Made by a program: the position numbers and the translations under genes
From: a virus
Reading direction: 5' to 3' (one strand)
DNA: 59,591 nt
Virus record (IMG/VR): IMGVR_UViG_3300028823_000151
Part shown: positions 41,880 to 51,684 of the stretch, piece after piece
Layout: each line of letters starts with the position of its first letter
Position numbering within the stretch: the first letter of the stretch is position 1
Notes under the pieces: generated by a model
Told to the model about the DNA's origin: nothing
Databases searched by the model: none
What the model saw: the letters and a program-made list of their open reading frames with translations, nothing else

Positions 41880-43618
41880 TTGTAAGAGAACTTGTAACTA
41901 AACTTGGATTCCGTGTTGACACTGGAAGATTAAGAAGATTTAACTCTTCAATAAATAGAACCAGAAGAAACATGGGGGGACTACCAGGAGTTCTTAGGAA
42001 TTTTTCTCAAGGATTTAGAGGACTAAATTTAGGTGGATTTTCTAATTTACTTTCTGGTATGGGTTCTTCTTTCGGTGGAATGGGTTCCGCAGCAGCAGCA
42101 GCAGCTGGACCTATCGCCGCAGTTGGAGCTGCAGTTGCGGCGACTGCAGTCATAATAGGTAGAGCAACTAGAGCCTATCTTGAATTTGAAGAAGGTTTAA
42201 GAGGACTAAGAAGAATAACTCTAGCAAATGCTAGAACTATGCAACGATTTAGTGATGCAGCTCTTAACGCAGCAGAAACAAGTGTATTCACAGCAAGGGA
42301 TGCAGCTCAAGCTCAAGTGTTTTTAGCACAAGCAGGCTTAAACACCGAACAAGTTATTGGTGCTCTTCCAGGAACTTTGAACTTAGCAGCTGCGGCAAAT
42401 CTTGGTCTTGCCCGTGCAACTGATATTGCTACAGATATTATGGCCGCGAATGGTTTACAGGTTGACGAGTTAAATAGAATTAACGATGTTTTAGTTGTTG
42501 GTGCACGATCAGCAACAACTACTGTTCAAGGTCTAGCTGGTGGCTTTGCAAACTTAGGTGCAACTGGTAGATTAGCAGGGGTTGAAATCGAAGAACTCGC
42601 TGCTTCATTAACAATAATTCAAGGCGCTGGTGTTAAAGGAGGTAGAGCGGGAACGTTCTTAAGGAATGCTATAGACGCTTTAAGAACTCCGTCTTCTAGA
42701 TTGTCCAGTGCTATGCAACAAGTTGGAATTGATATAAATGAATATGTTGATGTACAGAGAGGTACAATAAAAGACTTACCTGCATTCATTGCAAGGCTAA
42801 GAACTTTATCTCAGACAGACTTAACAACTTTCTTTAGAGGGTTCGCGGCAACTTCCCGTGCTAAGCGAGGGCTTGAAATACTTGTAGCTTCCGGAGATAA
42901 CTTTGATAGAGTTTTAGGAAACATAAGAAACTCAGCAGGTATTGCTGCTCAGTCTGCTGGCGTCGCTTTTGAAGGATTGGGTGGTGCAATAGCTGAACTT
43001 AGATCAAAGATGGATGTTTCACTTGTAAGGTTTATGCAGGACACCGGATTAAACAAATTGTTTGAGGGAATTGTAAGAACTTTAAGTGATGTTCTACCAA
43101 AGGCAATTAGATTTTTAGGTGTCGTCTTAAAACCTATTGTCTTAGTTCTAAGAGTTATATGGTCTATCTTTTCTTTTGTTCTTTCCATAATTGGAGGAAT
43201 TATAGATGTGGTTGTTAGATTAGCACAGGCTCTTTGGGAACAGATTTCTAGACCTATTGAATGGGTTCTTGAAAAATTAAATGAATGGGTTCAAGCTATT
43301 CGAGATTTCTTTTCAGACTTAGTTTCTTCAGACGGAATTATAGGTAGAATAATAAAGACAATAAGAGAGTTTATTGATAAAGCAATAAAATTTTTAGGTC
43401 TAGGTGACGATGAAGAAGATACAGGTGAACAAGAGCAAGCTAGAAGAGAAGGACAAGAAAGAGAAAGAACAATGGGTGGCGCTCCTGGTGGAGGCGGAGG
43501 AAATGTATATAACATAAACGCTCCAATATCTGTTAGTGGAGCTGGAAATCCACAAGATGTTGCAAGGTATATTGCATTACAGATAAGAGGATTAACAATA
43601 GAAGCCGGAGGAGTTTAA
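41876..43618 (+). CDS. tail tape measure protein
   Basis: 580 aa. Has a Gly/Ala-rich hydrophobic N-region, long helical repeats and a hydrophobic segment, VLKPIVLVLRVIWSIFSFVLSIIGGIIDVVV. Lies after the chaperone pair. Confidence 0.8.
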   Translation: MIVRELVTKLGFRVDTGRLRRFNSSINRTRRNMGGLPGVLRNFSQGFRGLNLGGFSNLLSGMGSSFGGMGSAAAAAAGPIAAVGAAVAATAVIIGRATRAYLEFEEGLRGLRRITLANARTMQRFSDAALNAAETSVFTARDAAQAQVFLAQAGLNTEQVIGALPGTLNLAAAANLGLARATDIATDIMAANGLQVDELNRINDVLVVGARSATTTVQGLAGGFANLGATGRLAGVEIEELAASLTIIQGAGVKGGRAGTFLRNAIDALRTPSSRLSSAMQQVGIDINEYVDVQRGTIKDLPAFIARLRTLSQTDLTTFFRGFAATSRAKRGLEILVASGDNFDRVLGNIRNSAGIAAQSAGVAFEGLGGAIAELRSKMDVSLVRFMQDTGLNKLFEGIVRTLSDVLPKAIRFLGVVLKPIVLVLRVIWSIFSFVLSIIGGIIDVVVRLAQALWEQISRPIEWVLEKLNEWVQAIRDFFSDLVSSDGIIGRIIKTIREFIDKAIKFLGLGDDEEDTGEQEQARREGQERERTMGGAPGGGGGNVYNINAPISVSGAGNPQDVARYIALQIRGLTIEAGGV

Positions 43619-44193
43619 TGGCAATATTTGATTTTAGACAACCTTTACCGACCACTTTATTTCTTGGAAGAGATAGGAACTTTTCAATTAAGAATGATAT
43701 AGAATCCATAAGTTTTGATCTTGTTCTTAGTGAAGATCATACACTTCCAAATGAAGTTACGGTTTATAATATTGAAGATGGAAGTATAATAACTGACAAT
43801 ATTAGATTGGCTCTTAGAACTGGAAGCTTAGTAGGGTTCGTAACAAATTTTTCTGTAAGAAGAGCAACAAGTTTATTTTCCAATTATCCTTTTCCAAAAA
43901 ACAGAGCGCAAGAAGCCTTTGATGCTTTGAAAAGAATAAGGGATAGCAGACAACTTGTAACACTTGTAACAAACTTAGAAATATATAATGACGTTGCTAT
44001 AACAGGTATATCAGCTGGTAGAAGTTCTGACGATGGAGAAAGTCAATCTTTTTCTATATCTTTTCAGGAGGCCAGAGTTGTTCAGTTAAGAACAGTTGCT
44101 ATTGAAGCTAGAGTAAATCCTGGCAACTTGAATAACAACAGAGCTAGACAAGCATCACCACAAAGTAATGTGGGTAGAACTACAGGGACTTAA
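43618..44193 (+). CDS. distal tail / baseplate hub-associated protein (XkdP position)
   Basis: TAATG overlap with the tape-measure gene. Position only. Confidence 0.4.
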   Translation: MAIFDFRQPLPTTLFLGRDRNFSIKNDIESISFDLVLSEDHTLPNEVTVYNIEDGSIITDNIRLALRTGSLVGFVTNFSVRRATSLFSNYPFPKNRAQEAFDALKRIRDSRQLVTLVTNLEIYNDVAITGISAGRSSDDGESQSFSISFQEARVVQLRTVAIEARVNPGNLNNNRARQASPQSNVGRTTGT

Positions 44194-44194
44194 G

Positions 44195-44551
44195 ATGATT
44201 ATAATACCAACATTTCAAACTCAAGCGGCAGACTTTATTCAAGAAATAGAACTTGAAGGTATCCTTGTTAGATTAAGAATAGTGTGGAATTCAAGATCTG
44301 AAAATTGGTATCTAAATTCTTACGAAGAAGTGAGTACAGGAAACAGATTGTTAGGAATAAAGATGGTAACAAACTTTCCTATTCTACTTGCTTTTAAATC
44401 TAGCATAGAACTACCAGGAAATTTATTTGTATTAAAGTCTAGTGAAGGTACACCAAATGAATTAACTTATGATAATCTAAGTAACGGATGGAACTTTGCA
44501 TATTTAACTTCAGAAGAGACAGAAGCTTGGAGAAACGAGAATGGCATTTAG
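44195..44551 (+). CDS. hypothetical tail protein
   Basis: The ATG at 44195 directly follows the upstream stop; the track start at 44168 is a GTG inside the upstream gene. Confidence 0.4.
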   Translation: MIIIPTFQTQAADFIQEIELEGILVRLRIVWNSRSENWYLNSYEEVSTGNRLLGIKMVTNFPILLAFKSSIELPGNLFVLKSSEGTPNELTYDNLSNGWNFAYLTSEETEAWRNENGI

Positions 44552-45404
44552 TCAGATTGTAGAATTAAAGGTAGGTACTTCTCCAACTACAGGTGGTGCT
44601 GGAGTAGGGTTATTGATTTCAGATTTAAACATTGAATTTGAAGTTCAAAGATCTATACAGTTTAGTGACAACTCTTGTACTATAACAATATATAATGCAA
44701 AAGAAACTACTAGAAACAATGTATTAGTAGAAGGAAACAATGTAGTATTGTCTGCAGGATATGAAGACGAAAGTATAGGCACTATCTATATAGGTAATAT
44801 TGTTTCATCAGTAAGTGTTCAAACTGGTGTAGACTGGCAAACAACAATTACTTGCGGTGGTTTACAGGGTGCGGATAGAAGATTTGATTATGTAACTGTA
44901 TCCTTATCTTATGCTCCAGGAACAAGAGTAATAGATGTATTAAATCAGATTGCCTTGTCTTTAGGTCTTAGAGTATTTGGAAGAGATAATGCACAGGGAA
45001 TAACACTTCCAAATGGATATGTTTTTGCGGGCACAGCTAAGGAAGCATTAAGATATTGTAAAAGAATTTTAAACAATACTTCAATTGATTTATATATAGA
45101 TAATGCGACGTTATTTATTTATAGACAAGGACAACAAGACAGTAGATTCCGTTCAGTTTACCTTGACTATAATTCAGGATTATTTCAAGCCTTTATTGAA
45201 AATGAAGAATATAGGGTAGGTAATAGAACAGAAAATAGACCTAGAGTAAAATACTCTTGTTTATTAAATCATAACTTGGAACCGAGTGGACTTGTTACAA
45301 TAAGAAGTAATAATGTAAACGGAACCTATGTTAATGAGAAAGTTGTTTTTAAGGGTGGAAATTTTGGAAAAGTTTTTATTTGTGAAGGAGAAGCTATAGA
45401 ATGA
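44541..45404 (+). CDS. baseplate hub / late-control-D-like protein (XkdQ position)
   Basis: Size (287 aa) and order in the baseplate module. Confidence 0.45.
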   Translation: MAFSQIVELKVGTSPTTGGAGVGLLISDLNIEFEVQRSIQFSDNSCTITIYNAKETTRNNVLVEGNNVVLSAGYEDESIGTIYIGNIVSSVSVQTGVDWQTTITCGGLQGADRRFDYVTVSLSYAPGTRVIDVLNQIALSLGLRVFGRDNAQGITLPNGYVFAGTAKEALRYCKRILNNTSIDLYIDNATLFIYRQGQQDSRFRSVYLDYNSGLFQAFIENEEYRVGNRTENRPRVKYSCLLNHNLEPSGLVTIRSNNVNGTYVNEKVVFKGGNFGKVFICEGEAIE

Positions 45405-45949
45405 CAATTAATCTTTTTGGTAGTGGTAAAGAGAATTTAATCGATGCGATTTACTTAGCTATAAATTCTTCCCTTGAAAATGTTCATACAGTATTACCAG
45501 GAAAAATTGTTTCTTGGAATGCTGGACAAAGGAAAGCAAGCGTTGAGCCGTTAGTAAGTATGAAAACAGTTAAGGAAGTTGATATAACTTTACCAGTCAT
45601 AGATAATGTACCTACAATATTTCCATCTGGAAGTAACTTTACTTTAAGATGGGACATTGCAACAGGTGATGGTTGCTTAATATTATTTTCAGAATATGGA
45701 ATAGGAAATTATTTAAACAGTGGGGGGCAGAATCAAGTTGCAGCAGATGATTCAAGTAAGTTTAATTTAACTGATGCAATATGTATCCCCGGACTATTTT
45801 CATTTAGTAGAGCTTCAAATTTACCTACTGATAATGAGATAAGTATTACTCAAGGAGGGGTAATAACTATTAAAAATAGTTCAGGGACAATTGAATTAAA
45901 GGATGATGGACAAGTAGATATAAACGGAAATTTGACAGTGGATGTATAA
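45401..45949 (+). CDS. baseplate spike / assembly protein V-like (XkdR, DUF2577-like)
   Basis: VLPGKIVSWNAGQRKASVEPLVSMK is an OB-like start; also supported by position. Confidence 0.45.
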   Translation: MTINLFGSGKENLIDAIYLAINSSLENVHTVLPGKIVSWNAGQRKASVEPLVSMKTVKEVDITLPVIDNVPTIFPSGSNFTLRWDIATGDGCLILFSEYGIGNYLNSGGQNQVAADDSSKFNLTDAICIPGLFSFSRASNLPTDNEISITQGGVITIKNSSGTIELKDDGQVDINGNLTVDV

Positions 45950-46329
45950 TGGCACTTGAAAATATAGCTAACGAAGATTTGACTTTAGCACATGGAACAG
46001 GATCTCCAATAAGTGGAGGAACTTTTACAGTTACTTCTGTTCCATCACAAAAAGTAAAAGCATTAGATAAAGGTGTGCATAAAGACCCTTTACAATATAC
46101 TTTCACTGGAGGAAATGCTTCTGGATTTGATTCAGGTTCTATAGCTACTATTGTTCCACAAACAATAAATGCAACAGCAACAAAAGTAAAAGCTGAAAAT
46201 CAATTAGTTATGAGAGAAGGAGACTTTGGAACTATGCAAGCACAAGGAACAGTTGGTGGAGTTCCTACTCCTATAGCTGGTCCAGTAGAAATATCAGATG
46301 CTGGACAAGACAAAGTAAAAGGACAATAA
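45949..46329 (+). CDS. hypothetical baseplate-module protein
   Basis: TAATG overlap. I recognised no motif. Confidence 0.4.
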   Translation: MALENIANEDLTLAHGTGSPISGGTFTVTSVPSQKVKALDKGVHKDPLQYTFTGGNASGFDSGSIATIVPQTINATATKVKAENQLVMREGDFGTMQAQGTVGGVPTPIAGPVEISDAGQDKVKGQ

Positions 46330-46331
46330 TA

Positions 46332-46697
46332 ATGTTTAACTTGGAATTAGACACAAATAATGATATAATAGTTGTAAACAATACTCAGTTATCTATAATA
46401 AATAGACCAAACTATATAGCACAAAAGATAGCAAGCCGAATAAAGACTTTTAGAGGTGAATGGTTTTTAGACGTTGATTTTGGTTTACCTTATTTTACTG
46501 ACATCTTAATTAAGACAAGAGACATAGAAAGTATAGATGTCATAATTAGAAATATAGTTCTTGGTACAAGTTCTGTATCTAGAATAATAAACTATGAATC
46601 TGAATTGGACAATGCAAACAGAACTTTTAAAGTTACGACATTAGACGTGGAACTTGAAAATGGAGAACAAGTTTCTGTCGGAGGAGTGGCAATATAA
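46332..46697 (+). CDS. baseplate wedge protein, gp25/GPW-like (XkdS, DUF2634-like)
   Basis: RIKTFRGEWFLDVDFGLPY; 121 aa. Confidence 0.55.
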   Translation: MFNLELDTNNDIIVVNNTQLSIINRPNYIAQKIASRIKTFRGEWFLDVDFGLPYFTDILIKTRDIESIDVIIRNIVLGTSSVSRIINYESELDNANRTFKVTTLDVELENGEQVSVGGVAI

Positions 46698-48148
46698 TGG
46701 CAATTTATGTTACTGTTAACGGATTTCAAAAGAAAACTTTAGCTGAAATTAAACTAGAATTAGAAGAACAATTTAGGTCTGTATTTGGAGAAACTATAGA
46801 CGTAGAACCAGAAGGACCTTTTGGACAAATAATTGGAATTCTTTCACAAAGAGACGCAAACCTTTGGGATGCACTAGAAGAAATTTATAAAAGTAGAGAC
46901 CCTGATCAAGCTACTGGAACAAGTCTAACTTCTATTGCAAGGGAAAGTGGAACAACTAGAAATCCTGCAGTTCCTTCTACTGTACAAGCTATTCTTTATG
47001 GAACGGAAAGTACAATTGTCCCTGAAAATAGTAAGTCTAGAAGAAACACAGATCGAGGAAGCAATCCAATATTATTTAATTTGGATAATGATATTGAAAT
47101 AAATAGAACAAGAACAAAGGAATTAATCCTAACTATTCCTACAGATCCAACACCTACAGAAGTGTTTTCAGTTACTATAGAATCTATAGTCTATTCACAC
47201 ACTGTTCCTGGTGGTGGAAACACTAAGGATGAAGTTATAGATGCAATAGTTTCTCAGATTGATCCATTGGATGATGTTATATCAGAAAATAGAAGTACAA
47301 CGTTGTATATTTTTTCAATTCCTACTTCTTTAAATATATCTAATACAGCAAATTTTCAAATAGATACTTTAGGATCTTCCGGTAATTTTACTGCTGATGA
47401 AAGTGGACCTATTCAGGTTCCTGCAAATACATTAACCGAAATTGTTACTCCTATAACAGGTTGGGAGGGACTGAATAACCCTTCATCAGGAGTTACCGGA
47501 AATGTCGAAGAAACTGACTTTGCTTTAAGATTAAGAAGAATACAAGAACTTTCTACAGGTCTTTCTACAGTAGCTTCTATAAGAAAAGAAGTTAATTCTG
47601 TTGAAAATGTTCTTGTTGTAGTTGTAGAAACTAACAGAACAAATATTACAGACGTTGATGGAAGACCACCACACAGCTTTGAAGTAGTTGTTTCAGGTGG
47701 AGATGATAATGATATAGCGCAAGCTATATTTGATTCAGCTCCTGCAGGAATAGAATGGTACGGAGTAGGTTCTAGTGGAACAGCAATAGATGAACTTGGA
47801 AATTCTTTTACTATATTATTTTCAAGACCAACGCCAGTCTATATTTGGATTCGTATAAGTAGAGATCTTAATCCTGAAGAAGCTTATCCTACTGATGGAG
47901 ACAATTTAATAAAAGAAAATATTCTAGAATACGTTTCAGAAAATATAACTATAGGAACAGACATAATAAGACAAAGACTTGCAACTCCAGTTTATGAAGT
48001 CCCTGGTGTTGGGGATATAATAATTGAATTAGCTGAAACTGCATCACCTGGAGATACTCCAGTCTACGCTGAAGATAGTATAATACTAGCTGGAAGGGAT
48101 CAAGGTGTATTTGCATTAAGCAGAATAACTGTACAGGACATACCATAA
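46697..48148 (+). CDS. baseplate J-like protein
   Basis: 483 aa. EETDFALRLRRIQEL matches the E.D..LR.R motif of the baseplate J family. Position supports it. Confidence 0.65.
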   Translation: MAIYVTVNGFQKKTLAEIKLELEEQFRSVFGETIDVEPEGPFGQIIGILSQRDANLWDALEEIYKSRDPDQATGTSLTSIARESGTTRNPAVPSTVQAILYGTESTIVPENSKSRRNTDRGSNPILFNLDNDIEINRTRTKELILTIPTDPTPTEVFSVTIESIVYSHTVPGGGNTKDEVIDAIVSQIDPLDDVISENRSTTLYIFSIPTSLNISNTANFQIDTLGSSGNFTADESGPIQVPANTLTEIVTPITGWEGLNNPSSGVTGNVEETDFALRLRRIQELSTGLSTVASIRKEVNSVENVLVVVVETNRTNITDVDGRPPHSFEVVVSGGDDNDIAQAIFDSAPAGIEWYGVGSSGTAIDELGNSFTILFSRPTPVYIWIRISRDLNPEEAYPTDGDNLIKENILEYVSENITIGTDIIRQRLATPVYEVPGVGDIIIELAETASPGDTPVYAEDSIILAGRDQGVFALSRITVQDIP

Positions 48149-48705
48149 TGGGTGAAATAGTTAGAATAACAGACTACTATGCAGAGGCTTTGGAATTATT
48201 CATAGAGCAATATAAAAATTCTACCAACTTGCAAGAAGTAATAAGATCATCAACACTTCAAGCTGATGATCTTGAAACAGCTATTTTTGAAGTTAGGGAT
48301 TTATTTTATATTGATACGGCAGAAGGAGAGCAACTTGATGTCATAGGAAGAGTACGGAATGAAGAAAGACTCGGTAGAAATGACAATGACTTTAGAGCAG
48401 CTATTCAACTAAGAATAAGTTTAAAAATAAGTGGAACCATAAGACAAATACAAAATGTACTTATAAGTTTTTATGGTGCAACTTACATTGACTATATTCC
48501 TGTCTATCCAGCAAAAGTTTTTTTAATAACGGATGCACAAATTCCAATACAAGCGTTAACCGAACTAACTCCAGCAGGTGTTGGAATATTATGCAGGGAA
48601 AGGAATGATGACGACAATCCAGTATTTGGATTTGAAGACGATGCTATTGATAATGTTTTTGCCGTAACACAAGACTTAGAATTTTTTGGGAAAGAGGAAA
48701 TATAA
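48148..48705 (+). CDS. baseplate / tail-fibre adaptor protein (XkdU/gpI-like)
   Basis: GEQLDVIGRVRNEERLGRNDNDFRAAIQLRI; also position after the J-like gene. Confidence 0.45.
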   Translation: MGEIVRITDYYAEALELFIEQYKNSTNLQEVIRSSTLQADDLETAIFEVRDLFYIDTAEGEQLDVIGRVRNEERLGRNDNDFRAAIQLRISLKISGTIRQIQNVLISFYGATYIDYIPVYPAKVFLITDAQIPIQALTELTPAGVGILCRERNDDDNPVFGFEDDAIDNVFAVTQDLEFFGKEEI

Positions 48706-49907
48706 TGGCAGGAAATTCACCAATAACTTTTTTTAGAGACTTAGTTGAAATAACAGGTGCTGAATTAGATATGGTAAATGATTTTGCTTATGTTAATAGA
48801 CCTGCAGAAGTCTCTAGAAACAATAGAGATAACATAATACCTTTAAATCAATTTATATCTTCTGTAGAAGAAAGTGCAGTTGTTCCTTTTTTAGAAAGAC
48901 TATTTAGACAATTTAAACTCTCTAATTTTGCTTATGTGCAAGTGGGAACTTCTTCATTAGCTACTACTAGAATAGAAGCAAGAGGAGATATTGTTTGTTT
49001 GACAGACACATCGGAGACAACTTCAAGCCTATTTAGGTCTACTGATAGGGGATGGACTTGGTTTGCACAAACTACTCCCACTGAAAGAATACAGGACATA
49101 GAACCAGGAGCAGGACAAGTTTGGGTCTTTGTTAGTAATGCTTCACCTTATGCTTATAGATCTACAAACGATGCAATAAGTTGGACCGCTGTTTCTGGAA
49201 TGCCAGTAGGAGAATACAGGTCAATATCTAATGACGGTGGAAACAATTGGTGTGCTTGTGGAATTTCAGGAGCAAAATTAGCTAATTCAACTGATGATGG
49301 AATTTCTTTCACAGCAAGAACTGAACCTGATTCAAATACAACTTTTGGTGATATACAACACTCCAGAAATTCTGGAGATAATGTTTGGATAGCAGTAGGT
49401 TCAAATTCAGTTAACGATAATGCTTTTGCTCGTTCTACAGATAATGGGACTACATGGTCTGCAATAGCAGTTCCTACAGGGCTGGGTTCCAATACTTGGG
49501 TAAGTGTAGACACAGATGGAGAAGGCAATTGGATGGCAGTTGCTGCGAGTGGAACAGCAAGTGAAAGGGTTGTGAGATCTACAGACAACGGATTAACTTG
49601 GTCTATACTAACATTACCTACAGAGTTTCAAGGAATTCATTTCAAGGTAAAGTATGACGATAATACTTGGATAATAACTACTTTCGATAAAGTAAAGATT
49701 ATTTATTCCTTGGATAATGGGATTAATTGGGAAGCTTCAACTTTTCGTAGATATAATGACCCTGCATACACATTACCAATTATAGGAATAACTTATACAG
49801 AAGGTGCATGGCTATTCTTAGCAAGTATATTTTTTATAGATCCCTCAGATGATGCTAACCCAACTAAGATATTAAGGTCATTAGAATTTCAAGAAGGTAT
49901 ATTTTAA
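48705..49907 (+). CDS. distal tail protein with six Asp-box (BNR) repeats, beta-propeller (sialidase/Ycf48-like fold); receptor-binding candidate, paralog 1
   Basis: RSTDRGWTW, RSTNDAISW, NSTDDGISF, RSTDNGTTW, RSTDNGLTW and YSLDNGINW are S-x-D-x-G-x-T-W boxes at roughly 50-aa spacing. Confidence 0.6.
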   Translation: MAGNSPITFFRDLVEITGAELDMVNDFAYVNRPAEVSRNNRDNIIPLNQFISSVEESAVVPFLERLFRQFKLSNFAYVQVGTSSLATTRIEARGDIVCLTDTSETTSSLFRSTDRGWTWFAQTTPTERIQDIEPGAGQVWVFVSNASPYAYRSTNDAISWTAVSGMPVGEYRSISNDGGNNWCACGISGAKLANSTDDGISFTARTEPDSNTTFGDIQHSRNSGDNVWIAVGSNSVNDNAFARSTDNGTTWSAIAVPTGLGSNTWVSVDTDGEGNWMAVAASGTASERVVRSTDNGLTWSILTLPTEFQGIHFKVKYDDNTWIITTFDKVKIIYSLDNGINWEASTFRRYNDPAYTLPIIGITYTEGAWLFLASIFFIDPSDDANPTKILRSLEFQEGIF

Positions 49908-49916
49908 GGAGGAGTT

Positions 49917-51125
49917 ATGGCAATAGATAGTTCCATACGTTATTTTAAGGATCTTACACAAATAGCTTCAGGAGATATTATAGGTGATCAACATTACCTG
50001 TACATTAATCGTCCAAATGAAACTGATCCAAATGACGTTGACAGTATAATTACAGTAGAAGAATTTGCTACTTCTATAGGAAGTATTGTAGTAAGACCAC
50101 AAGCAGAAAGATTTATCTATCAACTTCAAGCTTCTAATTGGATAAATGTTGATACTCCAGCTACTACTGGAGCGATACAAGTTGTTGAAGCTAAAGGAGA
50201 TATTTTCTGTGCCGCTGATCCAGACGGAACAACAACTAGCTTAATAAAGTCTACGGATAGAGGTTGGTTCTGGCAATTAAGAACTACCCCAACAGCTGGT
50301 ATTCAAGGAATTTCTGCAGGCGCAGGACAAGTCTGGTTAATAATAACAGGAAATGAGTCTCCATACGTTTACAGATCTACTGATGATGCAGAAACCTGGT
50401 CCCCTGTTTCTGGAGTTTCTGCAGGAACTTATTTTGGTATTGACAATGATGGTGGAGACAATTGGTGTATATGTGGAATAACAGATTCTAAACTGGCTAA
50501 CTCAACTGACAATGGAGTTTCTTTTACAACAAGAACCGCACCTGATGCAAACGCACAATACTATAAAGTTCGACATTCAAAAATTGCATCCGACGATGTA
50601 TTTGTAGCCACAGGAGTAAATCCTATAAATACAAATGCATTTGCTAGAACTACTGATAATGGAGCAACATGGAGTGCAGTAACAGTTCCGCTTGGAACTC
50701 AAACAAATATTTGGATTGGATTAGATAGTGATGGAGAAGGTAATTGGATTGCAGTTGCTGCGAGCGGAACATTAAGTGAAAGAGCTTTAAGGTCTACTGA
50801 TAATGGTGCCACTTGGTCTATATTAACAACTATTCCTACTGAACTTCAAAGTGGTTTTAGAGAAATAAGGTATGCAGAAGGAATGTGGATGATTCTATCA
50901 GTAGATAATACTAGAGTTATCTATTCTTTAGATGGAGGGGATACATGGTTAGCTTCAACCTTTCCATTATTTAATTCCTCTTCTACTGGAAATGAATTTG
51001 ATGGAATAGCTTTTTCAAATGGTGCATGGGTAATTTGTACTAGAGGATTATCTCCTGACCCTTCAGATAATTCTAACGCAACTAAAATACTTAGGTCTTT
51101 AGAATTCCAAAAAGGATTATTCTAA
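49917..51125 (+). CDS. distal tail protein with six Asp-box (BNR) repeats, paralog 2
   Basis: KSTDRGWFW, RSTDDAETW, NSTDNGVSF, RTTDNGATW, RSTDNGATW and YSLDGGDTW. It shares its N-terminus and its C-terminal ATKILRSLEFQ.G.F with paralog 1. Confidence 0.6.
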   Translation: MAIDSSIRYFKDLTQIASGDIIGDQHYLYINRPNETDPNDVDSIITVEEFATSIGSIVVRPQAERFIYQLQASNWINVDTPATTGAIQVVEAKGDIFCAADPDGTTTSLIKSTDRGWFWQLRTTPTAGIQGISAGAGQVWLIITGNESPYVYRSTDDAETWSPVSGVSAGTYFGIDNDGGDNWCICGITDSKLANSTDNGVSFTTRTAPDANAQYYKVRHSKIASDDVFVATGVNPINTNAFARTTDNGATWSAVTVPLGTQTNIWIGLDSDGEGNWIAVAASGTLSERALRSTDNGATWSILTTIPTELQSGFREIRYAEGMWMILSVDNTRVIYSLDGGDTWLASTFPLFNSSSTGNEFDGIAFSNGAWVICTRGLSPDPSDNSNATKILRSLEFQKGLF

Positions 51126-51191
51126 TAGGATATTATATATGTTTTACTTTAATAGAGGAAACAAAAATGATTGTATAGAAGAGGAAGAAAT

Positions 51192-51455
51192 ATGCCCACA
51201 ACCAACATTGATCAAAGTGTTCTTGGTAATCCGTATATTGTTGGTGCTCTATCTGCTCTTGGTGGGATCTTATTGGCTATACTTGCTTGGATAATAAATT
51301 ATATTATTAAAAGGAACGACGAGAGTCATAAAGAAATAAAGGATAGAGTACAAAACGTTGAGGAAGATATCGAAGAAATAAGGGAAGATGTCTATTATTT
51401 AAAAGGTACAGTAGAAGTCAGTTTAAATACAACTGATAAAAAGAAAAAGAAATAA
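51192..51455 (+). CDS. single-TM protein with C-terminal coiled coil (holin/lysis-regulator candidate)
   Basis: The ATG at 51192 follows GAGGAAG; the track start at 51171 is a TTG. TM segment IVGALSALGGILLAILAWIINYII. Confidence 0.4.
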   Translation: MPTTNIDQSVLGNPYIVGALSALGGILLAILAWIINYIIKRNDESHKEIKDRVQNVEEDIEEIREDVYYLKGTVEVSLNTTDKKKKK

Positions 51456-51468
51456 AGGAGGAATACCT

Positions 51469-51684
51469 ATGAAATTCTTAGAAAAAATTAAAAGCAGAAA
51501 GTTTATTGCAATGTTGATAATGGTTACAGCTTTCTTTGTTTATCCAGAACATTTCACAGGTACTCACTTAATTTGGGGAATGGCTATATTTGTTGGGGGT
51601 AATGTAGGTGAACATGTTACAGAAACAATAAAAGCTATTCGTGGATCTAAAACCAATATTGAGCAGATACATTCACCCCAATAG
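51469..51684 (+). CDS. two-TM small protein (holin candidate)
   Basis: AAGGAGGAA SD. TM segments FIAMLIMVTAFFVYP and LIWGMAIFVGGNVG. Confidence 0.4.
   Translation: MKFLEKIKSRKFIAMLIMVTAFFVYPEHFTGTHLIWGMAIFVGGNVGEHVTETIKAIRGSKTNIEQIHSPQ

Noticed and set aside
49154-49588. 144-aa minus-strand ORF inside the first BNR-propeller gene
   Set aside because: It is antisense to a gene with clear periodic Asp-box motifs and has no SD. The same reasoning applies to the other antisense or alternate-frame ORFs inside long structural genes. These are 21610..21930, 21855..22127, 22324..22584, 23599..23802, 23997..24191, 25168..25392, 25922..26158, 27992..28204, 30095..30280, 30293..30562, 31514..31714, 37155..37421, 37321..37539, 37717..37968, 39310..39612, 40252..40632, 41647..41844, 42949..43188, 43291..43515, 45870..46106, 47949..48146 and 49968..50180.
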